A model generated the notes under the pieces. The model ran no database searches. It was not told the origin of the DNA and saw nothing but the letters and a program-made list of their open reading frames with translations. Shown here in pieces: positions 27,407 through 40,847 of a stretch of DNA of 64,000 nt; position 1 is the stretch's first letter, and every line of letters begins with the position of its first letter. The stretch lies in NCBI RefSeq assembly GCF_018350175.1, contig NC_058368.1, positions 217,498,001 through 217,562,000 on the forward strand. The letters are read 5' to 3'. The DNA is from Felis catus (lineage: Eukaryota). Both the position numbers and the translations under genes were made by a program.

Positions 27407-27416
27407 TGTATGTATG

Positions 27417-27475
<59 letters not shown>

Positions 27476-27490
27476 CACACACACACACAC
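27407..27490 (+). repeat. Compound (TATG)/(TA)n/(CA)n microsatellite inside L1
   Basis: Direct observation. Confidence 0.95.
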
Positions 27491-30400
27491 CACTTCCTCA
27501 TTATCCATTCATCAGTCAATGGACATTTGGCTCATGTTGATAATACTGGTATAAATATCAGGTTTCATGTATCCCTTTGAATAAATATTTTTGTATCCTT
27601 TGTGTAAATACCTAGTAGTGCAATTGCTGTGTCATAGGGTAGTTCTATTTTTAACTTTTTGAGGAAAATCCATACTGTTTTCCAGAGTGGCTGCACCAGT
27701 TTACATTCTCATCAACAGTATAAGAAGATTCCCCTTTCTCCATATCCTCACAAACATCTGTTGTTTCCTGCATTGTTAATTTCAGCCATTCTGACAGGTG
27801 TGAGGTGATATCTCATTGTAGTTTTGATTTGTATTTCCCTGATGATTAGTGATGTTGAGCATCTTTTCATGTGTCTCTTAGCCACCTGCATGTCTTCTTT
27901 GAAAAATGTCTATTCATGTCTTCTGTCCATTTTTTACCTAGATTATTTGTTTTTGGGGGTGCTGAGCTTGATAAGTTCTTTACAGATTTTGGAAACTAAC
28001 CCTTCATCAGATATGTCATTTGCAAATACCTTCTCCCACTGCTTATAGTTTTGTTTATTGTTTCTTTCACTATAGAGACGATTTTTATCTTGATGAAATC
28101 CCAATTATTTATGCTTTTGTTTCTCTTGCTTCTGGAGACATCTAGAGAGAAGTTGCTATGACCAATGTCAAAAATGTTACTGCCTGTATTCTCTGACATT
28201 TTGATGGTCTCCTGCCTCACATTTAGGTCTTTCATCCATTTGGAATTCATTTTTGTGTGTAGTGTAAGAAAGTGGTCCTGTTTCATTCTTTTGCATGTGC
28301 CTGTCAAATTTTCCCAACACCATTTGTTGAAGAGACAACTGACTTATTTGTTGAAGAATATTTTTTCCATTGGATATTTTTTCCTCTTTGTTGTAGATTA
28401 GTTGACTATAGGTGTGGGTCCATTTCTGGATTTTCTATTCTGTCCCATTAATCTATCAGTCTGTTTTTTTTTTATGTCAATACCATACTGTATTAATCAC
28501 TATAGCTTTTTAATATAACATGGATCCCAGAATTGTGATGCCTTAACCTTTGCTTTTCTTTTTCAAGGTTTCCTTGGTTATTCAGGATGTTTGGGAATCC
28601 ATACAAATTTTAGGATTATTTGTTCTAGCTATCTCTGTGAAGAATGCTGGTGGTATGACAGGGATTGCATTAAATGTGTAGACTGCTTTGGGTACTATCA
28701 ACATTTTCACAATACTTGTTTTTCCAACCTAGGGACATAGAATGTTTTTCCTTTCTTTGTGTTATCTCCAGGGCCAGATGGCTTCACAGGAGAATTCTAC
28801 CAAACATTTAAGGAGTTATTACCTGTTCTTCCCAAACTATTCCAAAACATACAAAGGGAAGGAAAACTTCCAAAACTCATTCTGTGAGGCGAGCATTACC
28901 TTGATTCCAAAACCAAAGATTCCACTAAAAAAGAGAATTACAAGCCAATATCCATGATGGACACGGATGCAAAAACTCTCAACAAAATGCTAGTAAAGTG
29001 AATCCAATAGTAGATTAAAAGAATCATTCACCACAATCAAATGGGATTTATTCCTGGGATGCAAACGTGGTTCAATATTCACAAATCAATCATAATGATA
29101 CATCACATTAATAAAAGAAAGGATAAGAACCATATGATCCTCTCAACAGATGCAGAAAAAGCATTTGACAAAGTAAAGCATTTATTCTTGATAAAAACCC
29201 TCAACAAGTAGGGATAAAGGGAACATACCTCAGCATCATAAAGGCCATATATGAAAGACCCACAGCTAACATCATCCTCAATGGGGAAAAACAGATTTTT
29301 TCCTCTACAGACAGGAACAAGACAGGGATGCCCACTCTGTCTACTGTTATTTAACATAGTACTGGAATTCCTAGCCTCAGCAATTAGACAACAAAAAGAA
29401 ATAAAAAAGCACCTAAATTGGCAAGGAAAAAAATCAAACTGTCACTATTTGGAGATAACATGACACTCTATATAGAAAGACTCCACCAAAAAATTGCTAG
29501 ATCTGATACACAAATACAGTAATGTCGCAGGATATAAATTAATCTGTTACAAAAAAATCTGTTACATTTCTATACACTAATAATGAAGAGCAGAAAGAGA
29601 AATCAAGTAATCAATCCCATTTACAGTTGCACCCAAAACATAAGATACCTAGGAATAAAGCTAACCAAAGAGGTAAAAGATAGGTACTCTGAAAACAGTA
29701 CAAACACTTATCTCTGCATCTTTTTAGAAGCTACTTCTGTGGGATCTTATGTATACTATAGCCTCTTAGTAAGATATATAAAAAGAAAAAAAATAAATTT
29801 TATTTATCCAGTTATACCAGCAGTTAATTATACAATCCTATTTTGTTTCATTTGTACTTTAGTATGAATATTTGTATGTCTAAAGAATTGGGAAAACCCA
29901 TTTTATTTGCACATCAGAATTAAACTGTCAATATAGATGGAATGAGTTCATGGTTAGTTGCTATTTGCCAATATTGTGTCCCAAACTAGAAATCACTTCC
30001 AATGAAGAAGAGAGGGGAAAAAAAAAGAAAGAAAAAAGAGACAGAGAAAGGCAATGACATTTCTGCACAAAGAAGTTTGTGTCAATTACTTGAAAAATCA
30101 ATTTAATGTAAACCCAGTCTCAGTGTGTTTAGTAGCTTGAGTTTAGATAACTAATTATGAAGTTCATATCTGCAACTTCGGTTTGATCAGTATCATTATG
30201 TAATGGTAGGAGACAAGTCTCAGGGTGCTGAAATCTGAAACAGTTTTGGCTTCCTATGTGATTGATAAAACCTGTTTGAAACAAAAAACTTAATTCTATT
30301 GTCAAATGCAGTATCAGTGAGGAGCCTTATTTAGGAGATACATAATTCTACCTAAATTTGTCTCACTGTTCAGCTTATAATTAAACACACTGTCACATGT

Positions 30401-30775
30401 GCTTTTTCTACTTTTATATTAGTGATTAACAAAAGAATGATTTCACCTAAACAGTATAAATTGCTATTTCAAATGGAATAATTCCTTTATGTGTTTATAT
30501 AAATCATCCACACTTAATTTTTCTCTAAAAATTTTATTAGAATTATGTATACACATTTATAAAGATTTGTAAGACATTTGCTGGGTTATGTAGTTTATAG
30601 TTTTATAAATGTTTAGTGGTAACAGTTAAATTAGTAACATACTTATTCCTTCAAATTATACATAGTTTGCATGTGTGTCTTCAAATTCTAGGAAATTCTG
30701 AATATATCATTTACTTTTTCAGAATGACATCTTTTCCTTGAGTTTTATGATTTATATTGTAAGAAATTAATATAT

Positions 30776-31005
30776 GGGGCACGTGGGTGGCTCAGTCAGT
30801 TAAGCATCCAACTTCAGCTCAGGTCATGATCTCGCAGTTCATAAGTTCAAGCCCCGCATCGGGCTCTGTGCTGACAGCTCAGAGCCTGGAGCCTGCTTTG
30901 GATTCTGTGTCTCCCTCTCTCTCTGCTCCTCCCCTGCTCACATTCTGTCTCTGTCTCTGTCTCTGTCTCTCTCAAAAATAAATCAACATTAAAAAAATTT
31001 AAAAA
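30776..31005 (+). mobile_element. Can-SINE (SINEC_Fc-like)
   Basis: TSD AAGAAATTAA(T/C)ATA at 30761-30774 and 31006-31019. Confidence 0.95.
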
Positions 31006-33095
31006 AAGAAATTAACATAGAAGTATATATTTTCTAAAAAAATATGTCTATCTATCTATCTATCCAAATATGATTTTATATTCAAATGTACTCACTTTTG
31101 ATGATTCTATGCTATTCCTCTGGATTATAACAGAGTTAAAAGCTTTCCACTTAGATTGTATTCTTAGTACATCATGTGCATAATTTGAAATAATAATTTT
31201 GCTAAAATTTCCATCCAAATGGAGAATTATATGTCAGTTGCGGTTACTGGAAAGAATATGGATTCTGGAGTCTTAGAAAAACAGTTTCCAACTACTGGAT
31301 TCAAGACTGCCTATTACAGGAACTTTCTCTCCTTCAGTTGTTTTTTTCTTTCTGTTTCTTTTTTTGTTTTTAATCTTGCATTGAAAGGTGGTTAGGATAA
31401 TTAGAGAAATTTTATTTAAGGCACTAAATATATCATACCAATATTGCTTAAGAAATCTAATGTATTACACTCTTTATTCACATGGTCATTTATTTATTTT
31501 TTTACCCAACAAATATTAATTATTACCCTCTTCTACGTACCTGTTATAGTGGGAGAGAAAGGAACATAAATAATAGCAGAACAAGGAGGTTTTGCTTAAA
31601 AAGCATATAGTTTAGTGTGCCACATGTTAAACAGAAACATGCCAATGTAGAATTATGCTCAATATTTTTCGGAGCATAAAGCAGGGGTCTCCTAATTCTG
31701 CTTGTGCAGTGGAGGATAGAGAATTAAAGAGAAGGTGATATTTGATCTATGACTTGAGGGTTGCGTGTAAGTTTGTTCTTCAGGTAAATTGAGTTTATGG
31801 GTAGAATAGTCAGGGAGGGAGAGATTAAAATGAACTGGAAACTTTCTAGACAGCGGGATAAGCATATGGAGGTAAAAAATAAACCGACATATACAGCTAC
31901 CTGAAAATAAGAGCACATGGCTGAGATTCAGCCATGTGTGCAAGAGATGAGATTTTATACCATAAGGAGTCACATAAGCCATCTGTAAAGCAAAGAGATA
32001 ACACTAGCAGAACTGAGTCACCCCTTCCCTACTTGAGGTTAATTTAATTGAGACACCAATTTTTCTCTAGGACAATAACCAATTCAGTGCTATGATAACT
32101 TGAGATAAGGAAAGCATAAAAAGTGAACTCCACATTTATCTCAGCTTTTTTTCTAGGTGTGTTTTCCAAAGGTGCACAGGAAAATGGAATACAAGCAGAA
32201 GTGCCTATATCGCTGCACAAATGAAACGGAGATTGGAAACCAAGACAGCCAGCGCAACTGAATTTTGGAGACAGGATATGAGAAAGGTAGAGATTGCATA
32301 TAAGGATTCTCCGAAAGCTATATAAAAAATTTCCCTGGTGTCCTTGGCTATACATATTCAAGGCAAAACTTTGGGATGCCTAAGACAGAACAGATGCTGG
32401 GAATCTAAAGAGCCAAATGGAAATGTCAGTGTTTTCACAGTGCTGAAATATTTTGGTGTATGAACCCAGCCAGAGAGAACACTGAAGATTCTGACTATTC
32501 AGCTGAGATTGTGAAAGGCACTAGGAGAAAGATCAAATAGAAAAAAATCTGCCTTAATGGGCCTATAATCCAGTTTCAATACGATCAAGGTGATCCACGA
32601 GAATTAGACTGCACAATAGAGCAAATATCAATACTCTTCAGAAGACACCATAATCCACATTCTCAGGGCATATTATCCACCATGTTCAGTATAAACGAAA
32701 AATCTCTAGACATGTTAGGAGAGAAAATAGTCTAGTGATATTCAGGTGGTGACACTGTCAATATAGCATAAAGGAACGCTTGAAAGTAATCCAGATATTA
32801 CAGCAAGCACAGCATCAAAACAATGAGGACTAACTTGTGAAACAGGGAAAACAGTTGACAAAATCATGTCAATAAGATGAGCTAAGACCAGGCTGGTATT
32901 AGCAAACAGAAAATGGGATTAGAACAATTGGAAAACACTTATTAGAAAATATCCTATCTGAAGCATAGAGAGGAAAAAATAATGGGAAAGAGAGACAGCA
33001 TAAGAGAAATGCATATGATAAACAAAAATGAACCATCATGCAACCAAGGTTATAGAAGAAGAAGAGAGTGGGAGAATGGAACAGAAGTAATTTTT

Positions 33096-33317
33096 AAAAA
33101 AAATTTTTTTTTCAACGTTTATTTATTTTTGGGACAGAGAGAGACAGAGCTTGAACGGGGGAGGGGCAGAGAGAGAGAGGGAGACACAGAATCGGAAACA
33201 GGCTCCAGGCTCTGAGCCATCAGCCCAGAGCCCGACGCGGGGCTCGAACTCACGGACCGCGAGATCGTGACCTGGCTGAAGTCGGAAGCTTAACCGACTG
33301 CGCCACCCAGGCGCCCC
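33096..33317 (-). mobile_element. Young SINEC_Fc
   Basis: CpG-intact; flanked by CAGAAGTAATTTTT at 33082-33095 and 33318-33331. Confidence 0.96.
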
Positions 33318-33331
33318 CAGAAGTAATTTTT

Positions 33332-33540
33332 TTAAAAAAATATGTTTATTTATTTTTGAGAGAGACAGAGAGACAGAGCACAAGTGGGGAAGGGGCAGAG
33401 AGAGGGAGAGAGAATCTGAAGCTGGCTCCAGGCTCTGATCTGTCAGCACAAAGCCTGACGCAGGGCTCGAACTCATGAACTGTTAGATTATGACCTGAGC
33501 TGAAATCAATGCTTAACCAACTGAGCCACCCAGGTGCCCC
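33332..33540 (-). mobile_element. Older Can-SINE in tandem with the previous one
   Basis: CpG-decayed; flanked by CAGAAGT(A/C)ATTTTT at 33318-33331 and 33541-33554. Confidence 0.95.
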
Positions 33541-33900
33541 CAGAAGTCATTTTTAGAAGAAATATTGGGCATTAATTTTCCAAATGCAAAAAGATACATC
33601 AAACCACACATTCAAAAATGTGAATAAATAAACCAGAAGAAGAAACACAGAGAAAACTACAACTTGGAAAGTCATAAGCAAATTTAGAGAATGAAATGTA
33701 AAGAGTAAATTATAAAATCAGGCAGAGAAAAAAATATTATCTTTCATAATCAATAAGAAATATATAGAAACTTTGTCTCAGCAGAAGACAAAGAAATACT
33801 ATCTATAAAGTGATGAAAGAAAATAGAACAGTTAACAAGTAATTCTATATCCAGCAAAAATATCCTTCAAAATGAAGATGATATAAAAATAGTCTCAGGA

Positions 33901-34031
33901 GGGGAACCTGAATGGCTCAGTCAGTTGTATCTGAATTTGCCTCAGGTCATGATCTCACGGCTGGTGAGTTCAATCCCCAAGTCGGGGTCTGTGCTAACAG
34001 CTCGGAGCCTGGACCCTGCTTCAGATTCTGT
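33901..34031 (+). mobile_element. 3'-truncated Can-SINE (no CT tract or tail)
   Basis: Head and body present, ending abruptly after cagattctgt. Confidence 0.88.
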
Positions 34032-34349
34032 ACAATGTCTTAATGCTTTGTAAACATGTAAAATTAAAATACTATGACTGCACAAAAAGTAGGCACAGGA
34101 AATAAAGTTATTCCACTATCATTATTTTTGTATTGTTTCACATGCTATAGAAATACTAATTTGTTGTCTCTCATAATAAAAACATGTATTGTCTCCAATA
34201 CATTTTCAACTTCTAAGATAACCAACAGAGGATAGTGATACATGACACAGCAAAAAACTAGTAGAAGACAGAAAAATGAAATAAATGACATTTACAAAAT
34301 ATCTAATATAAAGAATGACAAGAAAAGAAGAATAAAGGAGAAAGTAACA

Positions 34350-34555
34350 GGGATGTCTGGGTGGCTATGTGGGTTTAGTGTCCGACTCTTGGTTCGGCTC
34401 AGGTGGTGATCTCACAGTTGGTGAGTTCGAGGCCCACTCAGGCCCTGCACTGACAGTGCGAAGCCTGCTTGGGATTCTCTCTCTCTCCCTCTCTCTCTGC
34501 CCCGCTTCTGCTCACTCATGATCTCTCTCAACATACATAAATAAACTTAAAAAAG
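34350..34555 (+). mobile_element. Can-SINE
   Basis: TSD GGAGAAAGTAACA at 34337-34349 and 34556-34568. Confidence 0.94.
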
Positions 34556-34664
34556 GGAGAAAGTAACAAAACAAAGAGCCATATTATAGGTGTAAACCCA
34601 ACTATGTGAGCAATCATATTATAAGTGAATTATCTAAACATGCCAATTAAAACACAAATATTAT

Positions 34665-34883
34665 GGGGCACCTGGGTGGCTCAGTCGGTTAAGCGTCCGA
34701 CTTCGGCTAAGGTCATGATCTCACAGTTCGTGAGTTCGAGCCCCATGTTGGGCTCTGTGCTGACAGCTCAGAGCCTGGAGCCTGTTTCAGATTCTGTGTC
34801 TCCCTCTCTCTCTGCCTCTCCCCTACTTGTGTGCGCGCGCTCTCTCTCTCTCTCTCAAAAATAAATAAAACGTAAAAAAGAAT
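34665..34883 (+). mobile_element. Can-SINE (SINEC_Fc-like)
   Basis: TSD AAACACAAATATTAT at 34650-34664 and 34896-34910, with a partial extra copy at 34884-34895. Confidence 0.95.
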
Positions 34884-35478
34884 AAAACACAAATGAAACA
34901 CAAATATTATGAGACAGGATTTGAAAACAGATAACTCAAAATGTTTTAAAGACATACACACATTTAATGTATTTAATTATATATGAAGCTGACAGATCCA
35001 GAGTCATTCCCTACTCTAAGCATGTGTAATATACAAAGCAGGAATCTAACACTGATGACATTACTAATGCAATTGTTTTACCACTCTTTTCTCACCCATA
35101 AGTCAGGAGATGTGTTCTCCTGTGGCACATTGCATAGGTTCAGGACATACAATTTATATTTCCTCCTTTGTCTTTCTCTATAAACATGTTGGTAGATTCT
35201 CTTTTCTCTACATGCAAAAAAGTGATTTTTCTCCATCATCTTGTCCTTGCCACGTTTTCACATGTTAATATTCCATGACCAGGTTTTGTCAACATTAGCT
35301 GTCAGTGTTAGTCTAGTATCGCAAAGTGAAAAAAACCAAACAGACATCTGAGACTTCAGCTGTGAGTGAACAGATAAAAACCAAATGCTAATGTGGGCCC
35401 GGAAGTCAAACAGACACCGTCAAATAGGATGATACCTGTAGGCCACTGGAACCAGAATTCCTAAAATGACCGGAACAC

Positions 35479-35754
35479 TTCCATGTGTTTTAAAAGCAAA
35501 AATTCCAAATTTGACACCAGCGACATAAACCTAGTTCTCTATAGCAATGTCATTGTCTCCTTTGGTCCTCACAGAGCTCCTATGATTATTGCCTCGTTTG
35601 TTGGGTGATACAACGTTGTTGGGTTCCATGTGTTTTTAAAAGCAAAAATTCCAAATTTGACACCAGCGACATAAACCTAGTTCTCTATAGCAATGTCATT
35701 GTCTCCTTTGGTCCTCACAGAGCTCCTATGATTATTGCCTCGTTTGTTGGGTGA
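35479..35754 (+). repeat. Tandem duplication of 130/131 bp with a 15-bp spacer
   Basis: 35479-35608 and 35624-35754 are identical except for one extra T. Confidence 0.97.
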
Positions 35755-37029
35755 AAACAGGCTGTGAGACATGAGTAGCTTGCTCAAATTCACACCTTTA
35801 GTACACAGAAAACTTGGAATTATTATCAAAATTATTAAAGTCATTCCCCTGAAAGATGGAAGACACAGCAAAAATCAGACAAATGTGCTCGGAACGTGTA
35901 ATTTGATGTTTTCGTGTATGGCACACTAGAAATAACAAGTATCAGAAAAAAACAAATTTGGGTTCAATCACAACTGTGCCACCTGCTGGTTATGTGATTT
36001 GGCCATTATACTTGACCATTTCTGAGCCTACATGTAAGATGAGAAAATTCAGGCATGCTTTTTTATATTACTGTGGACTTCCAATGAGGTAAATTTAAGA
36101 AGTCCCTAATGGAATAACCATCATAGTTGGTCTTCAAGCTATGGCAGTTTTACTGTTAAAAAACAAGACCAATTATACTTAAAACACAAGTACAGTCTAG
36201 TACTTCTGTGTATATTTTTCATTTTAAGACCTAAAATTAATACATAGGTATTAAAATATTAATCTCAACAACACAGTATTGTTGACTAATGTTACATTTC
36301 CTTTTGTGGTGTGTTTATAATAGTTGTTAATCTACTTTTGCTTGTTAAATTATTCTGCTGTATAAAGTTAATCATACTTTACAGATAATGAAGTGATTGC
36401 AGAGGGCTCTTTCTTTTAGTAAAAAAAAAAAAACAAAAAACAAAAAACAAAAAAAAAACTGAGGTCTTATATATTAACTGATTGGCTAAATTAAAAATCT
36501 GACAGCACCCTTCATGAGCCAAACCATATGCAAGGCAGGTAATATATATGTGTTGGTGATGTCACAGTGTGTAAATAAGGAAAGTTTTTAGCCTAAGGAA
36601 CTTACAGTCTGATGGCTGAAGGTGGACCTGTCAACAGCAAATACAAAACACAGAAATAAATATATGCCCATTAGTGATATCTGAAGAGGGGTGTACCAGA
36701 AGGAGGCCTTCACTGAAGGAAGGACACTTTCACAGAGGTGAAATTGAAAAAAACAAAACAAAACAAAACAGAGAACAAAAAGATTTTCTCGCAGAAGGAA
36801 TAATGTATGAGAAATATGAAAAACAGGCAAACAAAACATGGTATACTCAAGAAAGTATGGAAAATTCCATTTACCTTGAGTACTGCATATTGGGGTGGGA
36901 AGGACCGGAATCTAAAGTCTTATGAGATCTCTAGACGTCACGCATTTAAACCTCCTGAACATAACCAGGGGCTGAATTTGTAAGCCCATTCTCAAATCAG
37001 CTCCTGAGCCCGTGATTGTTATCTGACCA

Positions 37030-37170
37030 TTCTGCTTATTGGAATCACAAGGGGAGCTGCTGAAATTGCCAGGGTTTGGGCTTTACCCTAGAACAACTGA
37101 ATCAGAATCTCAGGAAGAGAAGTCTACACTCATCTGATTCTCATGTGTGACCAGGGCCAGGAACCACTGA
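37030..37170. mobile_element. MER5A-like hAT-Charlie element
   Basis: gaatcacaaggggagct...actgaatcagaatct...tgattctcatgtgtg...ggaaccactg. Confidence 0.65.
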
Positions 37171-37830
37171 GCTAGTTACTCCAACAAGGGTTAGATGCTA
37201 ATAGACGGTACGTTAGAGTCAAAAAGTCTTTCCTGTTTATTGGTTTAAGAAGAAAGTGTCTCAAGGCCTTTTTCAGTCTTCAGGGTTCTAAGGTATTCTT
37301 TTGGTTTCTTAAGAGAAAAAACTCAGACATTCTACTTTGGTATTTCAGTGTTTCTTGCAAAGTACTGTGTGTGTGAAGGTATTCTTTAAGTCTGCTTATT
37401 TATGAAGATGATGTTAAAGTCACTGTTTAACTCAGAGCTTTCAATCTTTTATTGGGTCTTGGCTGTGCACTTAAGATATATATATGTCTTTTTTAAATAT
37501 ATTAATTATAATTTTTGTGCAATTTGTTCAACTCATGTGTATTACAATCACATTATAATACAATGTGTTGATCTATTGTACATTATAAAACATACAATGT
37601 AACAATTTGCAGTGATGAAATAGAGAACAATTTAACAATATTTTAAAATTAAAACCTCCAAATGAAAAATAGAAGGACTATATAAATTAGATTTTTAGAT
37701 TTTAATATAAATTAGATTTTTATCTTCAAAAGACTTGGTAAAAAACAAAAGGACTATCATTAGCTGGAAGCTTAGCAAGGCATTTACATTAAGGCATGGA
37801 TGGAAGTCCCTTTATAAACCACCTACCAGA

Positions 37831-38056
37831 GGTGCCTAGGTGGCTCAGTCGGTTAAGTGTCCGACTTCGGCTCAGGTCATGATCTCACAGCTCGTGAGTT
37901 TGGGCCCCGAAGCAGGCACTATGTTGACAGCTCAGCATCTGGAACCTGCTTCAGATTCTGTGTCTCCCTCTCTTCCCCGCCCCCTTAAAACACCTGTCTG
38001 CTCACATTCTTTCTCCCTCTCTCTCTCAAAAAATTAAAATAAAGAGTTAAAAAAAA
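37831..38056 (+). mobile_element. Can-SINE
   Basis: Degenerate 20-bp TSD TTTATAAACCAC(C/T)TAC(C/T)AGA at 37811-37830 and 38057-38076. Confidence 0.94.
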
Positions 38057-40847
38057 TTTATAAACCACTTACTAGAAATTGCTGTTTACTAAATCGAAGC
38101 ATGGCACACACTGAGAAGTAACTATTAGCTTACTTATTGGGAAACATTTTTCTTTCTTTAATATTCCATAATTTCTGCTATTTGCATGTGCAGATTATTA
38201 CAAAGCTCTTTGATTTAAGGGTCGATATTTCTAGGATTTAAATTGTAAATACCAGGCTTTTCAATATCCAAGTCTCTCAATTCATATTTTTCTTGTGAAA
38301 TTTTGTGATGCAAATGGCGTTATTTTTTGTTCTTCCATTTGTTAATACACTAAACCTAAACAGAGAACCTATATTACTCAGAAAACTGAGCACAGATATA
38401 TTATTTCACTCCTTCCCAACTACAACAAAAAAAAAACCAAAACAAGCAAACAAACAAACCAAAGATATTCCAAGGGAGGGAATCGCAGACAGGGAGAAGA
38501 TAGTAAATCAATTTCAGAAGCTCGAAAGTAGATGAAGAAGTGTTTTACCAAGAAAAACAAATCTAAAATTTTCAATTGTAAAAGCTTATATAAACTTTAT
38601 AAAAAGAAAATGGCCATAAATATGAAATAGAAAAGTGTGTTTAGTAGCCTTTGAAACAGTGTTTATCAATAGATTTGTAGAAATGCCCACAATATATTAT
38701 TAAGTAGAAAAGCAAGATGAAGAAACGTGAATCAAATGTGTTGTTTATTTTTAATTATAATACTAAAGGTAACATATAAACAACATAGGTCATAGGGAGA
38801 GAGCGATAAATATATAGAGAAAAAGACACAGATACAGAGAGACAAAGATGGATACATAGGTACAGATAATAGATTTTTAAATAGGATTACATAAGGTATG
38901 AAAAATTTTACAAGAATTTGTTAATGTCAGTACCTAGACTGACAGAAGGGGTAGTCAAAGCAGAAAGCAACATGAATGGGACAAAAAAAGAGGAAAAAAA
39001 GTATTAAAATGAAAATTTTAAGGTATCCATAATAAAAATAATCCACAAGATATGATCCCGTTAATTAAAAATTAATTGTGTGAGTGATTTCAGTTGCATG
39101 CTAAGTGATAACAATAGAAATTTTATTTGTGTGTATTCGAGAGATTTTATTCTCTGGCTTTTAAGATAAACATAGTGTTTATGTACAAGTTTATAACAAA
39201 ACTATTTTAACTAAAAATAAAATAAGTGACAGTGTTTTTATTAAACTTTAATTTTGTTGGAAACTTACATAGGACACGTAACATACCATTTACTGGCAAA
39301 CTACTCTGTGCTTTCCCATGTGCTAAAAAGATGCAAAGATGAATAAAACCCTAGGGTTTTTAAAAATACATCTTCCTTTAATGTAGGTGTCAGTGTAATT
39401 TTTGTTATAACATGTTCTTTTTAGAATAGTTATCTGACTAACATCATCTGGAAAAGCGTTTGTATTTCCAAAGATTTACCCATGAGCCAGAAAAATAATC
39501 TTTAAAGTATGTTTAATACTTATAAATCATTTATAAATTGGAATGTTTTTCCTAACCTAGTTCCTTACTAGAACTTATGCTAAATCTAGATACGTGTTTC
39601 TTACATATTATATTAAAAAATCTCTTTGGCAAGGATAAACATCTTAGATAGAATTCTATACTGTGTAGAAACTTTGAGGATGAGAAATACCTCTAGAGGA
39701 TACACAATATTCCAGTTAGCTTTGTCCATTAGTGCCTGAGTTGTGATGCACTGTGTGGTCAGCAGGCAATTGAAGGAGGCTGTACAATAAGTATAGTGCT
39801 TAGAAGGATGCGCATGAAACTTAAATAGAATTGGTCTCTACTCTAGGTTCTAACAAATGCCTAGGCAAATGGATTTTGAGGAATAACTTTCCTGGCCATC
39901 AGTTTTCTTGCACTATATCAAGAAAAACCAAAATCCATCTGGTAGAGTTGTTTAAAGACATTTATAAAATGGGTGCAGTTAATGCAAGTATACAATAAAT
40001 TATAGTGTTGTTATTCCTAAAATTAGTGGTATCATTATTACTAGTGATAGCAGTAGCAGATGTAATGTTGGCCACAATAGTATTCACGTAGTAAGTTTAA
40101 CCATAATTGGGTTTTTGAAAAAAAATGGTGGAGGACTTGTATAAGCCACCTATGTTGTGCATGGCTTATAGATATCCAAGGACAGACTTCAAGGATACTG
40201 TGAAGTTCCTAAACTTTCATCTTCTGAGTCAGGTGTGGAATATGTCAAGATTCTCTGAACTATGAAGAAAGAACAAAAAGCAACTAAAACAGTAATTCTG
40301 ACTCTCAAATTCTACTTCAGCTGCATTATTTGCTGTATATGGATCACTCCATGACCCCAGAGTCTACCCCTGGTCCATATTTTGTTGCCACAGACATAAT
40401 ATAAATCTTTTTCTTTATCATTTTTTCAACATTCTTTGTTACTAGAGTGTTACTTTCTAGAGGCAATGCATATATAGTCATCAAGTGAGAACTGAACCAG
40501 AGGGTAAGCAATGGAGTAGTTTTGATAATTGCCCTTAGGATCAAACATGAATGGGCAGAGAAGTAAGAATCTCAGAGGAGAGACAAACATTAAAAACGAT
40601 GCGGGGCTGATGGATGAGAAGTCCTGAAAGGGAGGTAGAATTTCTGGCATCAAAGCAACAGAGAGAGTGACTTGGAAGTACAAGTTTGAATAGCAAAATT
40701 GGGATTTTGGAAAAAAAAATATACGCATATCATTTTTGATAGTAACAAGTCTAGGTATTAGGCTTTAAGTTAGGAGCAAACACCAGGTACAAGGTAAGGT
40801 TTATCCAGGAAAAAACAATCTTACAGTGAGAAAAATCAATATAATCT

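Larger units (their letters stand above)
26779..29708 (-). mobile_element. Carnivore LINE-1 with 5' inversion (26779-28767 minus; 28768-29708 plus)
   Basis: Minus-strand 3'UTR and ORF2 C-terminus, then plus-strand RT region from ccagggccagatggcttcacaggagaattctac ([11 protein letters not shown]) to aaagaggtaaaagataggtactctgaaaac (KEVKDRYSEN). Confidence 0.93.
32000..34960 (+). mobile_element. Old degraded LINE-1 5'/ORF1-to-ORF2-start region hosting five SINEs
   Basis: A-rich strand with decayed ORF1 motifs (gaagaagaagagagtgggagaatggaacagaag; aattctatatccagcaaaaatatccttcaaaatgaag) and an ORF2-start remnant (aagtgaattatctaaacatgccaattaaaa). Confidence 0.65.
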
